DNA of 64,000 bases, from contig CAVVOP010000022.1 of the NCBI GenBank assembly GCA_963749915.1, positions 320,001-384,000 of the forward strand, given 5' to 3'. The position numbers and the translations under genes were made by a program. This document shows, one piece after another, positions 31,438 to 42,516 of this stretch. Source of the DNA: an uncultured cyanobacterium (GTDB taxonomy: Bacteria > Cyanobacteriota > Cyanobacteriia > Cyanobacteriales > Cyanobacteriaceae). Within the stretch, counting starts at the first letter, position 1. Each line of letters begins with the position of its first letter. Below the pieces are notes generated by a model, which worked only from the letters and a program-made list of their open reading frames with translations, ran no database searches and was not told where the DNA came from.

Positions 31438-32271
31438 CTATAATTTTTCTGTTAATTGATAATAGTTTTCTAAAGATTTATCATAAGACAGACTATAATT
31501 TTGTGGCGAAAAACTCATTTTACAACTAGCACCTAATGAGATTATTTTTACTTGTAAATTACTCTGAGAATTAATGCCCAAAATTTGACCTTTTATTTGC
31601 TGAAATAATACTTTTTCATTAATATTATACATTAAATCATTATAACTATTAATCAGATAATTAATACCTAATTTTAGATACTTATCATAACCTTTTATAA
31701 TACCTAATGTAACTATTTTTACTAGTTTATTAATAGATTTTATAGTAACGTTATTAGTTTTTTGATAATAATTATTTAAGCTAATACCATAATCAAAAAT
31801 TTTATTTTTATAGTTAATTCCGACTCCTATTACGACTTCTTTAATCATATTTTTATCAGTTTTTGTTTCGCATAAAATTCCCCCTAATTTTTGACCTTCT
31901 AAAATTAAATCATTGAGCCATTTTATTTGTACAGGGATCTCAAACTTTCTTAATTCTGTGACAATACCATAAACAATAAATGGGCTTAAATGAGCAATAT
32001 ATTTAACGGATAGGTTAAGTTCGAGTACCATGCTTAAATATAAACCACCAGGGGGCGATCGCCAAATATTACCTCGTTGTCCTTTTCCTGCGGTTTGTTG
32101 TTTAGCGATGACGATAAAAGGAGGCCTAATATTTTCTCGCCTTAATTGCCATGCGTGAGAATTAGTAGAAGGTAAGATGTCATAAACATAACCATTGATG
32201 GTATTCTGTTTTACAATTAAAGAAGAAAAGTTTTTTGGTAAATTAAGGGTTATTTGTTTCATAATTATCAT
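31438..32271 (-). CDS. birA: biotin--protein ligase
   Basis: STN, QTAGKGQRG..W.SP, KWLND, KLGGIL, GVGIN. Confidence 0.93.
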   Translation of the reverse strand: MIIMKQITLNLPKNFSSLIVKQNTINGYVYDILPSTNSHAWQLRRENIRPPFIVIAKQQTAGKGQRGNIWRSPPGGLYLSMVLELNLSVKYIAHLSPFIVYGIVTELRKFEIPVQIKWLNDLILEGQKLGGILCETKTDKNMIKEVVIGVGINYKNKIFDYGISLNNYYQKTNNVTIKSINKLVKIVTLGIIKGYDKYLKLGINYLINSYNDLMYNINEKVLFQQIKGQILGINSQSNLQVKIISLGASCKMSFSPQNYSLSYDKSLENYYQLTEKL

Positions 32272-32294
32272 TAATTTTAATAAAGTTTTATACC

Positions 32295-32729
32295 ATGTTA
32301 GACGAACAAGAAAATTTAATTGATGTTGAAAAAGTTAATCATACTCCTGAAAAAATAAAACTAATTTATTTGGGAATTTTAGCATTGGGTATTAAGATAG
32401 AATCTACCGTAATTCCTGTGAGTAATTCTGAATTAGATTTATTGATTGAATATTTGTCAAAAATTTTACAAAGAAATGATGAATTAATTAGAAGAGCTTG
32501 TTCTTTATTGGAGCAAATAGAAAATTCTGATGATACCAAACATTATTATGGTATAGTAAGAGACTATCTTGATCAATTTTTAGTTTTGTCTCAATCTGAT
32601 GAATTTTTAGATATGAATATTTCTCTCGAAAATCAATATTCTTTAGCCCTAAAAATATTAACAGATTTGTTATTTTATAGTGGCACATCAGGAAAACGTT
32701 TTCTCAAACAACAATTACAATGTTTATAA
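32295..32729 (+). CDS. DUF3038-like cyanobacterial protein
   Basis: C-terminal LALKILTDLLFYSG motif. Confidence 0.65.
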   Translation: MLDEQENLIDVEKVNHTPEKIKLIYLGILALGIKIESTVIPVSNSELDLLIEYLSKILQRNDELIRRACSLLEQIENSDDTKHYYGIVRDYLDQFLVLSQSDEFLDMNISLENQYSLALKILTDLLFYSGTSGKRFLKQQLQCL

Positions 32730-32818
32730 AAAAAGTTACAAGGCACAGGGAAAACTACTTACTATAAAATAAACAAAAATGCTTTCCTCAATTTAACAAC
32801 TTCCATTTATGATATTTT

Positions 32819-33145
32819 ATGAGCAAAAATTCTTTTGGAGTGGTATTGGTCACCATTGGTAATGAAAAAGAGGCCCTGACCATGGCAAAAACACTGATTG
32901 AGGAAAATTTAGCCGCCTGTGTGAATTTTTTGCCGATTTCTTCTGTTTATCGTTGGCAAGGAAAAATCTGTCAGAGTTCTGAGTGGCAATTGATAATTAA
33001 AACCGATTTAACTCTCTTTTCGGTGTTAGCAAACAGAATTAAAGAGTTACATTCTTATGAAACGCCAGAAATTATTGCTTTACCTATCATCAACGCCTCT
33101 CAACCCTATCTAAATTGGATGGAAGAAAACATTATTAAGTCTTAA
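32819..33145 (+). CDS. cutA: divalent-cation tolerance protein CutA
   Basis: LAACVN, SVYRWQG, HSYETPEII. Confidence 0.95.
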   Translation: MSKNSFGVVLVTIGNEKEALTMAKTLIEENLAACVNFLPISSVYRWQGKICQSSEWQLIIKTDLTLFSVLANRIKELHSYETPEIIALPIINASQPYLNWMEENIIKS

Positions 33146-33160
33146 AAATTTTTAAAAATT

Positions 33161-34078
33161 ATGGGATATATTATTAGTACTGTCAATATGAAAGGAGGCG
33201 TCGGTAAAACTACTTTAACCGTTAATTTAGCCACCTCTTTAGCCAAAAATTTTAATAAAAAAGTCTTAGTTTTAGATTTAGATGCGCAAATCAGTGCCAC
33301 TTTAAGTTTATTGCCTCCTCACGAATTTGGCAAATTGAGAAAAAAGCGCAAAACCTTGAGTTATTTAATTGACGGTATCATTCAACCCAATCCTTATTCT
33401 AAATTGGGGATTCATGATTTAATCAGTGAATCAGTTTGCGGTTTACCTCAGTTAGAATTACTCCCCGGGGATATTGAGTTATACGATGAGTATTTAGTAT
33501 CGGAAATGTTGCATCAACAAGCCGTTAAGGAAAATCAAATCGAAAATTTTGAATCAGTTTGGAACACTTTTGAAAGACTTTTAATCCGCAATATTTTACA
33601 ACCCGTCATCGACGATTATGATTTTATCATTATGGACTGTGCCCCCGGATATAATCTTTTAACCAGAAGTGCCATCGCCGCTAGTGATTTTTATTTATTA
33701 CCTGCACGTCCCGAACCATTATCATTAGTGGGGATACAATTATTGGAAAGACGAGTTAAAAAATTAAAAGACAGTCACGGAACTAATAACCCTTTAAAAT
33801 TGAGTCTTTTAGGTATTGTATTTATCTTGTCCGAAGCAGGATTATTTGGACGTTATGATAAATACTATGATCAGGTTATCCGACGAGTTAAACAAGATTT
33901 CAGTATAGATCAACTATTTTCTACGGATATTCCTATGGATGTCAACGTCGCCAAAGCCATAGATTTATTCATGCCTGCGGTGTTAACTTCCCCCAATTCC
34001 AACGGTTCCAAAGCCTTTAATAAACTCACAGAAGAATTTTTGGGTAAAATTAACGCTTTTGCTGCCAATCAGGGATAA
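33161..34078 (+). CDS. ParA/Soj family ATPase (orphan)
   Basis: NMKGGVGKTT deviant Walker A, DLDAQ, DCAPG; no parB adjacent. Confidence 0.92.
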   Translation: MGYIISTVNMKGGVGKTTLTVNLATSLAKNFNKKVLVLDLDAQISATLSLLPPHEFGKLRKKRKTLSYLIDGIIQPNPYSKLGIHDLISESVCGLPQLELLPGDIELYDEYLVSEMLHQQAVKENQIENFESVWNTFERLLIRNILQPVIDDYDFIIMDCAPGYNLLTRSAIAASDFYLLPARPEPLSLVGIQLLERRVKKLKDSHGTNNPLKLSLLGIVFILSEAGLFGRYDKYYDQVIRRVKQDFSIDQLFSTDIPMDVNVAKAIDLFMPAVLTSPNSNGSKAFNKLTEEFLGKINAFAANQG

Positions 34079-34221
34079 TTTGCAATGGACAATTAGACAA
34101 TTAATGGTTGGTAATTAACAAGGGACTTTCAACTAATACTTGAGAAACTATCGAAAATTGTCCTGACTTAATATATTTATTTTTGTTGGCAAATAGTAAA
34201 TAAAATTTTGTTGAACTTAGA

Positions 34222-34608
34222 TTAGACAATTTCTTTTTTACTGTTATCGATCACTGCACCTCTATAATGGGTAAGACGACCTGGCTTATAGTTGGGTGTT
34301 TTTTCACTCTTAACAATGCGATTATAATTAAAACCTCGATAAGTCATGGATTTTGTATTTTCTCGGTGGTCTTGGTTGACTGTATCTTTTGAGGCAATTT
34401 CTACTTTTTCGACTGTGTTTCTATTCCTTTCTTCCATTGAATTGACACCGAATTCTGCCAACTTATTAATGGATTTTTGAGTCAATAACATCCCTCCCAG
34501 TAAGATAGCTAAAAGAATAGGAGTAGGTGCAGAAACTAAGCCGACAATAGAAGCAATTATTAGAATGAACGCCGACACGGCGAATGCAAGACAGGTAATA
34601 AGTTCCAT
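34222..34608 (-). CDS. membrane protein with DUF4278-like YRG motifs
   Basis: GGAGG (34621-17) precedes ATG 34608; two hydrophobic helices, MTYRG and THYRG. Confidence 0.6.
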   Translation of the reverse strand: MELITCLAFAVSAFILIIASIVGLVSAPTPILLAILLGGMLLTQKSINKLAEFGVNSMEERNRNTVEKVEIASKDTVNQDHRENTKSMTYRGFNYNRIVKSEKTPNYKPGRLTHYRGAVIDNSKKEIV

Positions 34609-35244
34609 AATATTAACCTCCAATCTTTATTTTTGAATATAGGAATTGGATATAGAAAAATGTCCAGACTGACACACCAATCCTAAATCAGTGGTGGTAA
34701 TTGATCTCCCCAACCCCTGTTATTAAGGTAGGAGTAATATTTGAAAAATACCATCAATCAAATAGGACTGCTATATAACTGTTCGAGTATAACAATTTTT
34801 CATACTTATAGAACAATTAATTATAATTTTTGATTTATGTACATTCCTGATCATATGATCAACTATTCTACCCCATTTATCGAAATATGTTGAGGAATTA
34901 TCTTGAATTTAAAGGTTTAAAAAATCTGTAAATTATTATCTATGCCTTATGCTAAAACAACTTTAGATAACTCTTTATTCCTGAAATACATCATATAAAT
35001 ATTAGCATCTCATAATATTTCCTACTTTTCCTAGTGCACGAATATTCTCGATAATGACCATAAGAATACAATAAAAATCAAGTATTTATACTCATTTATC
35101 TCGATAATCTAATCAAGAGAAAATTTATAGTAAACTAAGACTGAAATCTAAATCATATAAAAGTGATGTTATTCTACAATACGCAGAAGATCGAATTAAC
35201 CAGTCAATGTTAAACTTGGTGCAAAATTCAAGTATAAAAGAATT

Positions 35245-36519
35245 ATGTCGGCAAAAAAAACCAAAATATTATTTATACACCCCAATTTCCCTGCACAATT
35301 TCGTCATTTAGCAACGACTTTGGGGCAAGATCCCAATTATGAGGTAATTTACGCCACAAAGCGAGAAGAAGGACAAATAGGAGGGGTTAAGAAGATAATT
35401 TATCAACCCTCCAGAGAGGCGGGAATTGAAACGCACCATTATGTCCGAAGTTTAGAGAACAGTGTTTTACAAGGTCAAGCATTATATCGTGTCGCAATTC
35501 AGTTAAAAGACTTGGGTTTCTATCCCGATATTGTATATGGTCATTCGGGATGGGGACCGACTTTATTTATCAAAGATATTTTTCCCCGTGCTAAATTTCT
35601 CTGTTATTTTGAATGGTTTTATAATGCTCATGGTAGCGACGCCGATTTTGATCCTAGTGATCCTGTTTCGGCGGATGATGAGGCTAGAATTAGGGTGAAA
35701 AATGCCCCTATTCTAATTGATTTGTATAGTTGTGATCGTGGTTTATCCCCGACTAGATGGCAACGTCAACAATTTCCTCCTGAATTTCATTCGAAAATCA
35801 CCGTTTTACATGATGGAGTTGATACGGAGTATTTTAAACCCAATGCGGACACTAAATTAGTAATACCCCAAATTAATTTAGATTTAAGCAATGCAACTGA
35901 AATTATTACTTATGTAGCTAGGGGAATGGAACCTTATCGAGGTTTTCCGCAGTTAATTCAAACTATTGGTATTTTACAAAAACGTCGCCCTCATGCTCAT
36001 TTTATTATAGTGGGTCACAATCGGGTTGCCTATGGGAAACAATTACCCGATGGCAAAAACTACAAGGATTTGATGTTGGAAAAAGTACCTCTTAATTTAA
36101 GTAAAGTCAATTTTACCGGATTGTTAAGTTATGTTGATTATCTAAAAGTGTTACAGGTGTCTTCGGCACATATTTACCTAACTCGTCCTTTTGTTTTATC
36201 ATGGTCAATGTTGGAATCGATGTCCACTGGTTGTGTTGTCGTTGCTTCAAATACCCCACCAGTTCAAGAATTAATCCAAGATAATTATAATGGTCTGTTA
36301 GTACCTTTTTTCTCTCCAGAGGCCATCGCTGATAAGGTAGAATATGCTTTGGACAATCCGGAAATTATGGCAAAAATTAGGACAAAAGCTAGAGAAACCA
36401 TCGTTAAAAATTATAATCTCAAAGACTTATTAAGCCAACATTTACAGTGGATCAAAACAGGGGAGTTGAGAAAACCAAAACCGTCTACTCGTAAAACTAA
36501 GAAAGGGTTTGCTAATTAG
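35245..36519 (+). CDS. glycosyltransferase family 4
   Basis: HPNFPAQF, GHSGWG, RGMEPYRGF, SWSMLESMS. Confidence 0.9.
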   Translation: MSAKKTKILFIHPNFPAQFRHLATTLGQDPNYEVIYATKREEGQIGGVKKIIYQPSREAGIETHHYVRSLENSVLQGQALYRVAIQLKDLGFYPDIVYGHSGWGPTLFIKDIFPRAKFLCYFEWFYNAHGSDADFDPSDPVSADDEARIRVKNAPILIDLYSCDRGLSPTRWQRQQFPPEFHSKITVLHDGVDTEYFKPNADTKLVIPQINLDLSNATEIITYVARGMEPYRGFPQLIQTIGILQKRRPHAHFIIVGHNRVAYGKQLPDGKNYKDLMLEKVPLNLSKVNFTGLLSYVDYLKVLQVSSAHIYLTRPFVLSWSMLESMSTGCVVVASNTPPVQELIQDNYNGLLVPFFSPEAIADKVEYALDNPEIMAKIRTKARETIVKNYNLKDLLSQHLQWIKTGELRKPKPSTRKTKKGFAN

Positions 36520-36597
36520 GGTCTCAATACTCTTTAGTTAGTCCCAAAAACGCCATTGTCGGGGAAATTCAGAATTCAAAATTGAGAACTAGAATTT

Positions 36598-37668
36598 CTA
36601 CAAATTCATGACCCTCTGTGCCTCCGGCCTCGTGGCTTCTCCCTTCTGACTTCTGCCTTGCCCTGATTTACCCAATACTTGAGGCATATATCTATTCAAC
36701 AATTTTGACAGGGAAAGAGTGCAAATAATGGAAATAATTGCATAAAAAATTGAAATCAAAATCCCTTTCTCAATTATATGTTCATTTATAGCCAAAACAT
36801 AAACTAAAAAACCGGTTATCAAGGGGATTATCAGCAAATGAGTTGAAAAAATTACGAGGGTATTTTGACCAATACTTAATATCAATTGGTTGTAGGGTAT
36901 TAATTTAGCTAAATATGAAAAAGTTAATATTCCTGAAAATGAAGCAACATAGAAGTAAAAATAATTGCCAAAATCGCCGCGATAAAATTCCACTCTTGAG
37001 TTTATATTAGAAAAAATAATAAACAACACAAGTGAGATGACCGCCACATGCCATTTATGCCCAAAAAAACTTCCATTTTTTACTTGAGAAGAAAATAGAT
37101 AGCCGACACTGAAGAAAACAAGTCCCGTTATAGAAATTCCGAAATTCCAAGGAAGTCGGAAAGGACAAAAAACAGCGTAGAGATATCCTAGAAATGATAG
37201 AGATATTACTATCACAAGAAAGAAACCCTTTCTATGACGAAATGGAAATAAAAAATAGAAAAGCAGTTTGACAATAAATAAGCTAGTAAAAAACCAAAGT
37301 GCACCATTGTAAGAAAGCCAACCCTCACTTGCTGTGGCATATGCAATACCTACTAAATGTTTCAGGGGATCAAAATTTTGTTCTTTAAAATGCCTAAGCA
37401 GAAACAACCAAAACGAATAACTTACTAATGCAAAAAATACATATGGAATTATGATTTTCTGAGATAGTTTTTTGACTATCTTCATTAACTTCTGCTCATA
37501 GAAACTATTTGTCACAAATAAGCCCGATATGAAAAAAAACAGTGGCATATAGAATGACTTGATGTAGTCTATTATGGGAAATTCACCGATGCGCCCTGTA
37601 TGTTCTAAAACTACTAAGAAAATTCCCATAGCCCGTAAGTTATCAATCCAAAATATGCGGTTGTTCAT
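36598..37668 (-). CDS. acyltransferase family 3 (polysaccharide O-acyltransferase)
   Basis: IDNLRAMGIFLVVLEH, MPLFFFISG, multi-TM. Confidence 0.9.
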   Translation of the reverse strand: MNNRIFWIDNLRAMGIFLVVLEHTGRIGEFPIIDYIKSFYMPLFFFISGLFVTNSFYEQKLMKIVKKLSQKIIIPYVFFALVSYSFWLFLLRHFKEQNFDPLKHLVGIAYATASEGWLSYNGALWFFTSLFIVKLLFYFLFPFRHRKGFFLVIVISLSFLGYLYAVFCPFRLPWNFGISITGLVFFSVGYLFSSQVKNGSFFGHKWHVAVISLVLFIIFSNINSRVEFYRGDFGNYFYFYVASFSGILTFSYLAKLIPYNQLILSIGQNTLVIFSTHLLIIPLITGFLVYVLAINEHIIEKGILISIFYAIISIICTLSLSKLLNRYMPQVLGKSGQGRSQKGEATRPEAQRVMNL

Positions 37669-37914
37669 AACATCATCATAGAAGTCGATTAAATAAAGTC
37701 CACTCTACAACATTTTAGGGGAAAATTATGTAAGTATAAACACGAAACTTGATAAAATTTACTTAAAGATTAGTATGTATATATGTTGTTTGTAAGTTTA
37801 GCGTATCAGTGGTGTCTTAAACTGATGTGTGGAAGGTGGGTTATGATAGTTTATTGTTGCCAATTTTTTTGGTAATTAATAATGAAGATATAGAATAATG
37901 AAGAATAGGTTCTT

Positions 37915-38166
37915 GTGACTATGACAGAACAAAATCAAAATAAACGAGATAAAGAAAATTTTATTTTTCCGCAGACCCGTTATCGTGGTGAATTTACTCC
38001 AGAAAAGCTAGTTTTCAACGCCAATTTACAGGAATTTGCCCAAAAAGTTAGTTATATTTGTAACTTAGAAACCAATGGGAAAATTGCCTCTCAAGATGCT
38101 TATAAAAAAATTAAAGACCTCTGGAAAGATTTAAAGACGAGTGTCAAAAATTTAGATCTACAATGA
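37915..38166 (+). CDS. small conserved cyanobacterial protein
   Basis: YRGEFTPE..FNANLQEFAQ..ETNGK motif. Confidence 0.8.
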   Translation: MTMTEQNQNKRDKENFIFPQTRYRGEFTPEKLVFNANLQEFAQKVSYICNLETNGKIASQDAYKKIKDLWKDLKTSVKNLDLQ

Positions 38167-38178
38167 CAAAATCTGAGT

Positions 38179-38300
38179 CAATACTGCACGGTTAGTGCCG
38201 AAAACGGCATTGTTAGGGAAATTTAGAATTTAGAATTTAGAATTTAGAATTTAGAATATTGAAATCTGAGTTATAATTCTACCTTTGTAACCTTGTATTG
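38179..38300. mobile_element. degenerate CAATACT-family MITE with (AATTTAG)x5
   Basis: Left end CAATACTGCACGGTTA, right remnant TAACCTTGTATTG; heptamers 38220-38254; similar to copies at 36525 and 42517. Confidence 0.55.
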
Positions 38301-38305
38301 TCTTT

Positions 38306-39331
38306 ATGTCTCGCTCTCAATCTTTACAATACTATATCCTAGCCCGTATCTTATTAGCACCCTTAATGATATGGACAATTATCACCATTGTTTTCCTACT
38401 GTTAAGGGCAACTCCGGGGGATCCTGCGGATGCCATACTTGGCACAAGGGCACCTGAGTCTGCTAAAGAGGCTTTGAGAGAACAATTAGGTTTAAATGAC
38501 CCTTTATGGTTACAATATTTTCGCTATTTAATACAAGTTCTCCATTTTAATCTCGGCAGTTCTTTAAGCAGTAGGGGGTTGAATGTTTGGGATGTCATTC
38601 AACAATATTTTCCCGCTACGGTGGAATTGGCGTTGTTTGGGATTCTCGTGGCGATCGCAGTAGGCGTAACTATTGGCGTTGTCTCAGGATCCCGTCCTAA
38701 CACCGTATTTGATTTTGGGGGGAGACTATTTGGCATTATCACCTATTCTTTACCCTTATTTTGGGTGGGGATGATCATGCAATTAATTTTTGCCGTACAA
38801 TTGCGGTGGTTTCCCCTCGGCACAAGGTTCCCCGTCGGAATGCCGACCCCTAAAACCATAACGGGATTATACACCCTGGACAGTTTGTTAACCTTCGATT
38901 TTGGTCAATTTTCCACCGCTGTCCATTATTTAATTTTACCCTGTGTCACTTTGGGGATTTTATTAAGTGGCATTTTTGAACGTATTGTTAGAGTGAATTT
39001 AAAAGAAACATTAAAATCTGAGTACGTAGAAGCCGCTAGGGCGAGGGGTATTCAAGAAAATAAAATTTTAGTCTCCCACGCCCTCAAGAATGCCTTAATT
39101 CCCGTTATAACGGTCATGGGCTTGACTTTTGCCGCTTTATTAGGAGGTGCGGTATTAACAGAAGTTACTTTTTCATGGCCGGGGTTAGGTAATAGACTAT
39201 ATGAAGCCATTTCCTTAAGGGATTATCCCACCGTACAGGGAATTATGGTGTTTTTTGGGGTAATAGTAGTATTTGCCAGTATTTTAATCGATATTGTAAA
39301 TGCTTTGATCGATCCCCGCATTCGATATTAA
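38306..39331 (+). CDS. peptide/nickel ABC transporter permease (DppB/OppB)
   Basis: PGDPA, EYVEAARARG EAA loop, HALKNA, E.TFSWPGLG. Confidence 0.92.
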   Translation: MSRSQSLQYYILARILLAPLMIWTIITIVFLLLRATPGDPADAILGTRAPESAKEALREQLGLNDPLWLQYFRYLIQVLHFNLGSSLSSRGLNVWDVIQQYFPATVELALFGILVAIAVGVTIGVVSGSRPNTVFDFGGRLFGIITYSLPLFWVGMIMQLIFAVQLRWFPLGTRFPVGMPTPKTITGLYTLDSLLTFDFGQFSTAVHYLILPCVTLGILLSGIFERIVRVNLKETLKSEYVEAARARGIQENKILVSHALKNALIPVITVMGLTFAALLGGAVLTEVTFSWPGLGNRLYEAISLRDYPTVQGIMVFFGVIVVFASILIDIVNALIDPRIRY

Positions 39332-39357
39332 AGTGAGTGAACTATTTCCCACAATGG

Positions 39358-39978
39358 CTAATTCAATTGTTCTTTAATTAAATCAATAATACTCGAACCT
39401 CCCCAAATAAAGGCGATAATAATAGAAGTGGAGACAATACCTGCTAGTAAACAAACCGTTAAGCCAACTAAGGTGATAAATCCATCATCTTCTTGTAGGC
39501 CGAAGGATGTTATGAAAATTCCTATTGCCGGGGCAGTATTTGTACCCGGAATTGGTATCATCATGGAAATAGCCATTAGTGCGATGGCAATACCAATAAT
39601 TAATCTACCCGGAATACTGGTGCAAATGTAGCTTAAACGAGGCTTTGTAATGGCTTCAATTCTACCCAGCCAAGGCAACCCCATCTTAACGAATTTACGG
39701 GCAGTTTCCGTCTTCATTGAGCCATTCATCATTTTTTTCGGTAGCCAGGGGATTTTTGAGCCGCCAATTAATTGTATAGCTAATAAAAATATTAATATAC
39801 CGAAGGGAATGGAATATCCGGGGGCAGGTATCGGTAGTGCCGAAGGTAATGATAGGATAACTAGTAAAAAACCAAAAGTTCGCTCTCCAGCTAAGGTTAA
39901 GATATCCGACAAAGTGACAGTTTTTGGTCTGTCTTCCTGAAAAAAATAACGGTTTAATTCTACGGATAATTTTGCCAT
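39358..39978 (-). CDS. exoD: exopolysaccharide synthesis protein ExoD
   Basis: LPIPAPG, PWLP, PIPGTN, EDDG. Confidence 0.88.
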   Translation of the reverse strand: MAKLSVELNRYFFQEDRPKTVTLSDILTLAGERTFGFLLVILSLPSALPIPAPGYSIPFGILIFLLAIQLIGGSKIPWLPKKMMNGSMKTETARKFVKMGLPWLGRIEAITKPRLSYICTSIPGRLIIGIAIALMAISMMIPIPGTNTAPAIGIFITSFGLQEDDGFITLVGLTVCLLAGIVSTSIIIAFIWGGSSIIDLIKEQLN

Positions 39979-40126
39979 ATATCTAGGTTTAATTAATAAT
40001 TGATAATTGATAATTAATAGGCCGTTATGTATCTAAATTTACTCGTGAGGAAGGAGAATAGCAATGGACAAGAGAGCATAATTTTTATTACTTGATATTG
40101 ACGCAAAAATACAGGTTCCGAAACCA

Positions 40127-41347
40127 TTATATAGACAAATTTTCAATTTTTGCTGTACCATTTTCTGAAATCCATGCTAGGGATAAAATATCTTCATTTT
40201 TAGCATAATCTCTAATGGTTTCTGGTGTGCGAAATTCTAAATCGATCTCCACTTTAACAATTTTTTCGCTATTTTTTCTTAATTTTTGGGCATAGTCGAA
40301 AGCCTGTTTCACTGCGGATGATGTTTCAGGAATCACAAGCCAATCGCTGGGAGGAGTTATTTTCGGTAAATAAGGACTATTTAATAAACAAGAATGTAAG
40401 TCTTCAATATTAAAGGAAAAACCAATACCTGGATAAGTTTTCTTTTGGGGGTGATAAATACCTAAAAGTTGATTATAACGTCCTCCTTGTCCTAAAATAT
40501 AGGGTTTATTACCCTTTAAACTAACAGCCTCGAAGACAATTCCTGTATAATAATCAAAGGTTTGAATTAAACTTAAATCTAAGGTTATGGGCAGGGTTTT
40601 TCCATCGTTATAATTAACTAATTCGATTAATGATTGAAGATGATTAACAGCTTTTTTTCCATGGTCGTCTAAGTCTAATTTACTCACTTTTTCCAAAACT
40701 TCTAAGGGATTTCCTCTTAAATCAAATACTAATAGGGCTCTATTTTTGAACTCTGATTCTAGGGGTAAATTCTCTAAAGTCACTCGATCTAAATTAGCTA
40801 TACAATTTAAAATATCTGATCGCAAATCCTCAGGGAAAACCGTTAATAAAGAACGAGTTAAACCAGCATCACCTAAGAGTAATTGCCAAGATTCTATACC
40901 TAAATATTCCAAACAGTCAGCTAATAATAAGAGGGTTTCGGCATCGGCTAAAACCCCATCGGTAAATAATAATTCAACCCCTGCTTGATAAAATTCCAAC
41001 TGTCGCCCATGATGCCCCTGGGGAGGATTTCGAAAAACATTGGCACGATAACAAAGCCGTTGAATAGTTTGATTTGTAAGACGATTAACCGCCGCTCGTG
41101 CGATGGAAGCAGTTAGTTCCGGACGTAATCCAAGTCGTCCTTCGCCGATATTTTGTAATTGTATTACTGTTGATGGTTGAATTGCTCCCCCTGCCATAAG
41201 AGTATCAACCCATTCAATGGTAGATGTGACAATTCTTTTATATCCCCAACGCTGGAATACTTCTTGCAGACGATCATTTATCCAACTTTTTTGTGTTACT
41301 TCTAAGGGTAATAAATCTCTTGCGCCTGCAGGTGCTTGATGAATCAT
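40127..41347 (-). CDS. hisZ: ATP phosphoribosyltransferase regulatory subunit
   Basis: PAGARDLLP, LRPELTASIAR, EFYQAGVEL, YYTG, GGRY. Confidence 0.93.
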   Translation of the reverse strand: MIHQAPAGARDLLPLEVTQKSWINDRLQEVFQRWGYKRIVTSTIEWVDTLMAGGAIQPSTVIQLQNIGEGRLGLRPELTASIARAAVNRLTNQTIQRLCYRANVFRNPPQGHHGRQLEFYQAGVELLFTDGVLADAETLLLLADCLEYLGIESWQLLLGDAGLTRSLLTVFPEDLRSDILNCIANLDRVTLENLPLESEFKNRALLVFDLRGNPLEVLEKVSKLDLDDHGKKAVNHLQSLIELVNYNDGKTLPITLDLSLIQTFDYYTGIVFEAVSLKGNKPYILGQGGRYNQLLGIYHPQKKTYPGIGFSFNIEDLHSCLLNSPYLPKITPPSDWLVIPETSSAVKQAFDYAQKLRKNSEKIVKVEIDLEFRTPETIRDYAKNEDILSLAWISENGTAKIENLSI

Positions 41348-41394
41348 ACTCTGATGATGATTAGGTTAATTTCCGCGATAAATCAAGGTTTATC

Positions 41395-42417
41395 CTACCA
41401 TAAAGGAATACCAAAAATTTTCGGAGCTTCTTTTTTCCCCTGACCATCTTTAGATTTATCTTTGGATTTAGCGGTTTTACTAACCTTAGTGGATTTCGTG
41501 GGTTGACTGCCCCCTGATTTTTGTTTCTTGTTGATGTCTTTTAACTCTTGTTTTGCTTGTTTAGCAATAGGATCATCACCATTAAGAACCATCGCTTTGT
41601 TAATATGAATGCGAGCGTAGGTAAGATTATTTTGTTTGATATACATAGATCCTAGTAAAGCATGGACAGTACTACTATTAGAATCTATTTTTACTGCTTC
41701 CCGTAAATCAATAATACTTTGCTCATAATTCTCATTTTCTGCGTTTTGTTTAGCACTACTAATCAATCTATCTAACCGGGATACCGTAGCCTCAGGAGCT
41801 GGCACATCGTCAGTGGTAGAATTGTCTAAGTTAGATGAAGAAATATCAATATTATCTGATGATTGAGAAATTCTATCTTCTGCGACGCTAATTTGTGGTT
41901 GACGAGAAACTCCTTTTACTTTATTGAGTTCAATATTTTTTTCCAACATTAAATAAACCATATTTAGCTCACTCATCAAAGCGATTTTAAGGTTTAATTT
42001 TTCTAAATCTTCATATTGTTCTGGAGCTAATTTTTCGATTAATTCATGATAAACTTTATTAGTGTTTTTTTCTTCTTGTAAAAGTTTTTTGGCACTATCA
42101 CTATTGATAGTAATTTTATAACCATTTGTGGCTAATCTTCTGCCAATTTCCGACATAATTAATTCACATTCTTTGCGCAATTTATCCTTATATAAATTCT
42201 CATAAGCGGGGTTAACTAATTTGGAAAGAATACTACTAGCACTTTGTTTTTCAGCTTCGGTTTCTGCTTGGTTAGTATCGGGATGAAGTTGATAAGCAAT
42301 TTTTAAATAACGTAGGCGAATATCTTTTGCATTGGCACCGATGGGAACTCCTAAAATAGCATAATAATCTTTAACATCGTATTTGAATAAACCATATTTG
42401 AGATCAGAAATCATCAT
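41395..42417 (-). CDS. J-domain protein with TPR
   Basis: DYYAILG...HPD; TPR-like C-terminal part. Confidence 0.88.
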   Translation of the reverse strand: MMISDLKYGLFKYDVKDYYAILGVPIGANAKDIRLRYLKIAYQLHPDTNQAETEAEKQSASSILSKLVNPAYENLYKDKLRKECELIMSEIGRRLATNGYKITINSDSAKKLLQEEKNTNKVYHELIEKLAPEQYEDLEKLNLKIALMSELNMVYLMLEKNIELNKVKGVSRQPQISVAEDRISQSSDNIDISSSNLDNSTTDDVPAPEATVSRLDRLISSAKQNAENENYEQSIIDLREAVKIDSNSSTVHALLGSMYIKQNNLTYARIHINKAMVLNGDDPIAKQAKQELKDINKKQKSGGSQPTKSTKVSKTAKSKDKSKDGQGKKEAPKIFGIPLW

Positions 42418-42516
42418 ATATTGCTCCTATAATAATTGATAATTAACAATTGATGATAAATAAAGTAAAAAAATAATTCAGTGTCTTGAATTGACATTAT
42501 AACAAACCTAAACCAC

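Noticed and set aside
33161..34078. Orphan parA as a plasmid or prophage sign
   Set aside because: Embedded among core genes; no parB, integrase or phage genes
34609..34800. Glutamine (glnA) riboswitch upstream of the YRG-motif gene
   Set aside because: Conserved core not found; region looks like a degenerate repeat element ending TAGGACTGCTATA
38220..38254. Tandem repeats as CRISPR
   Set aside because: 7-bp STRR units without spacers; no cas genes
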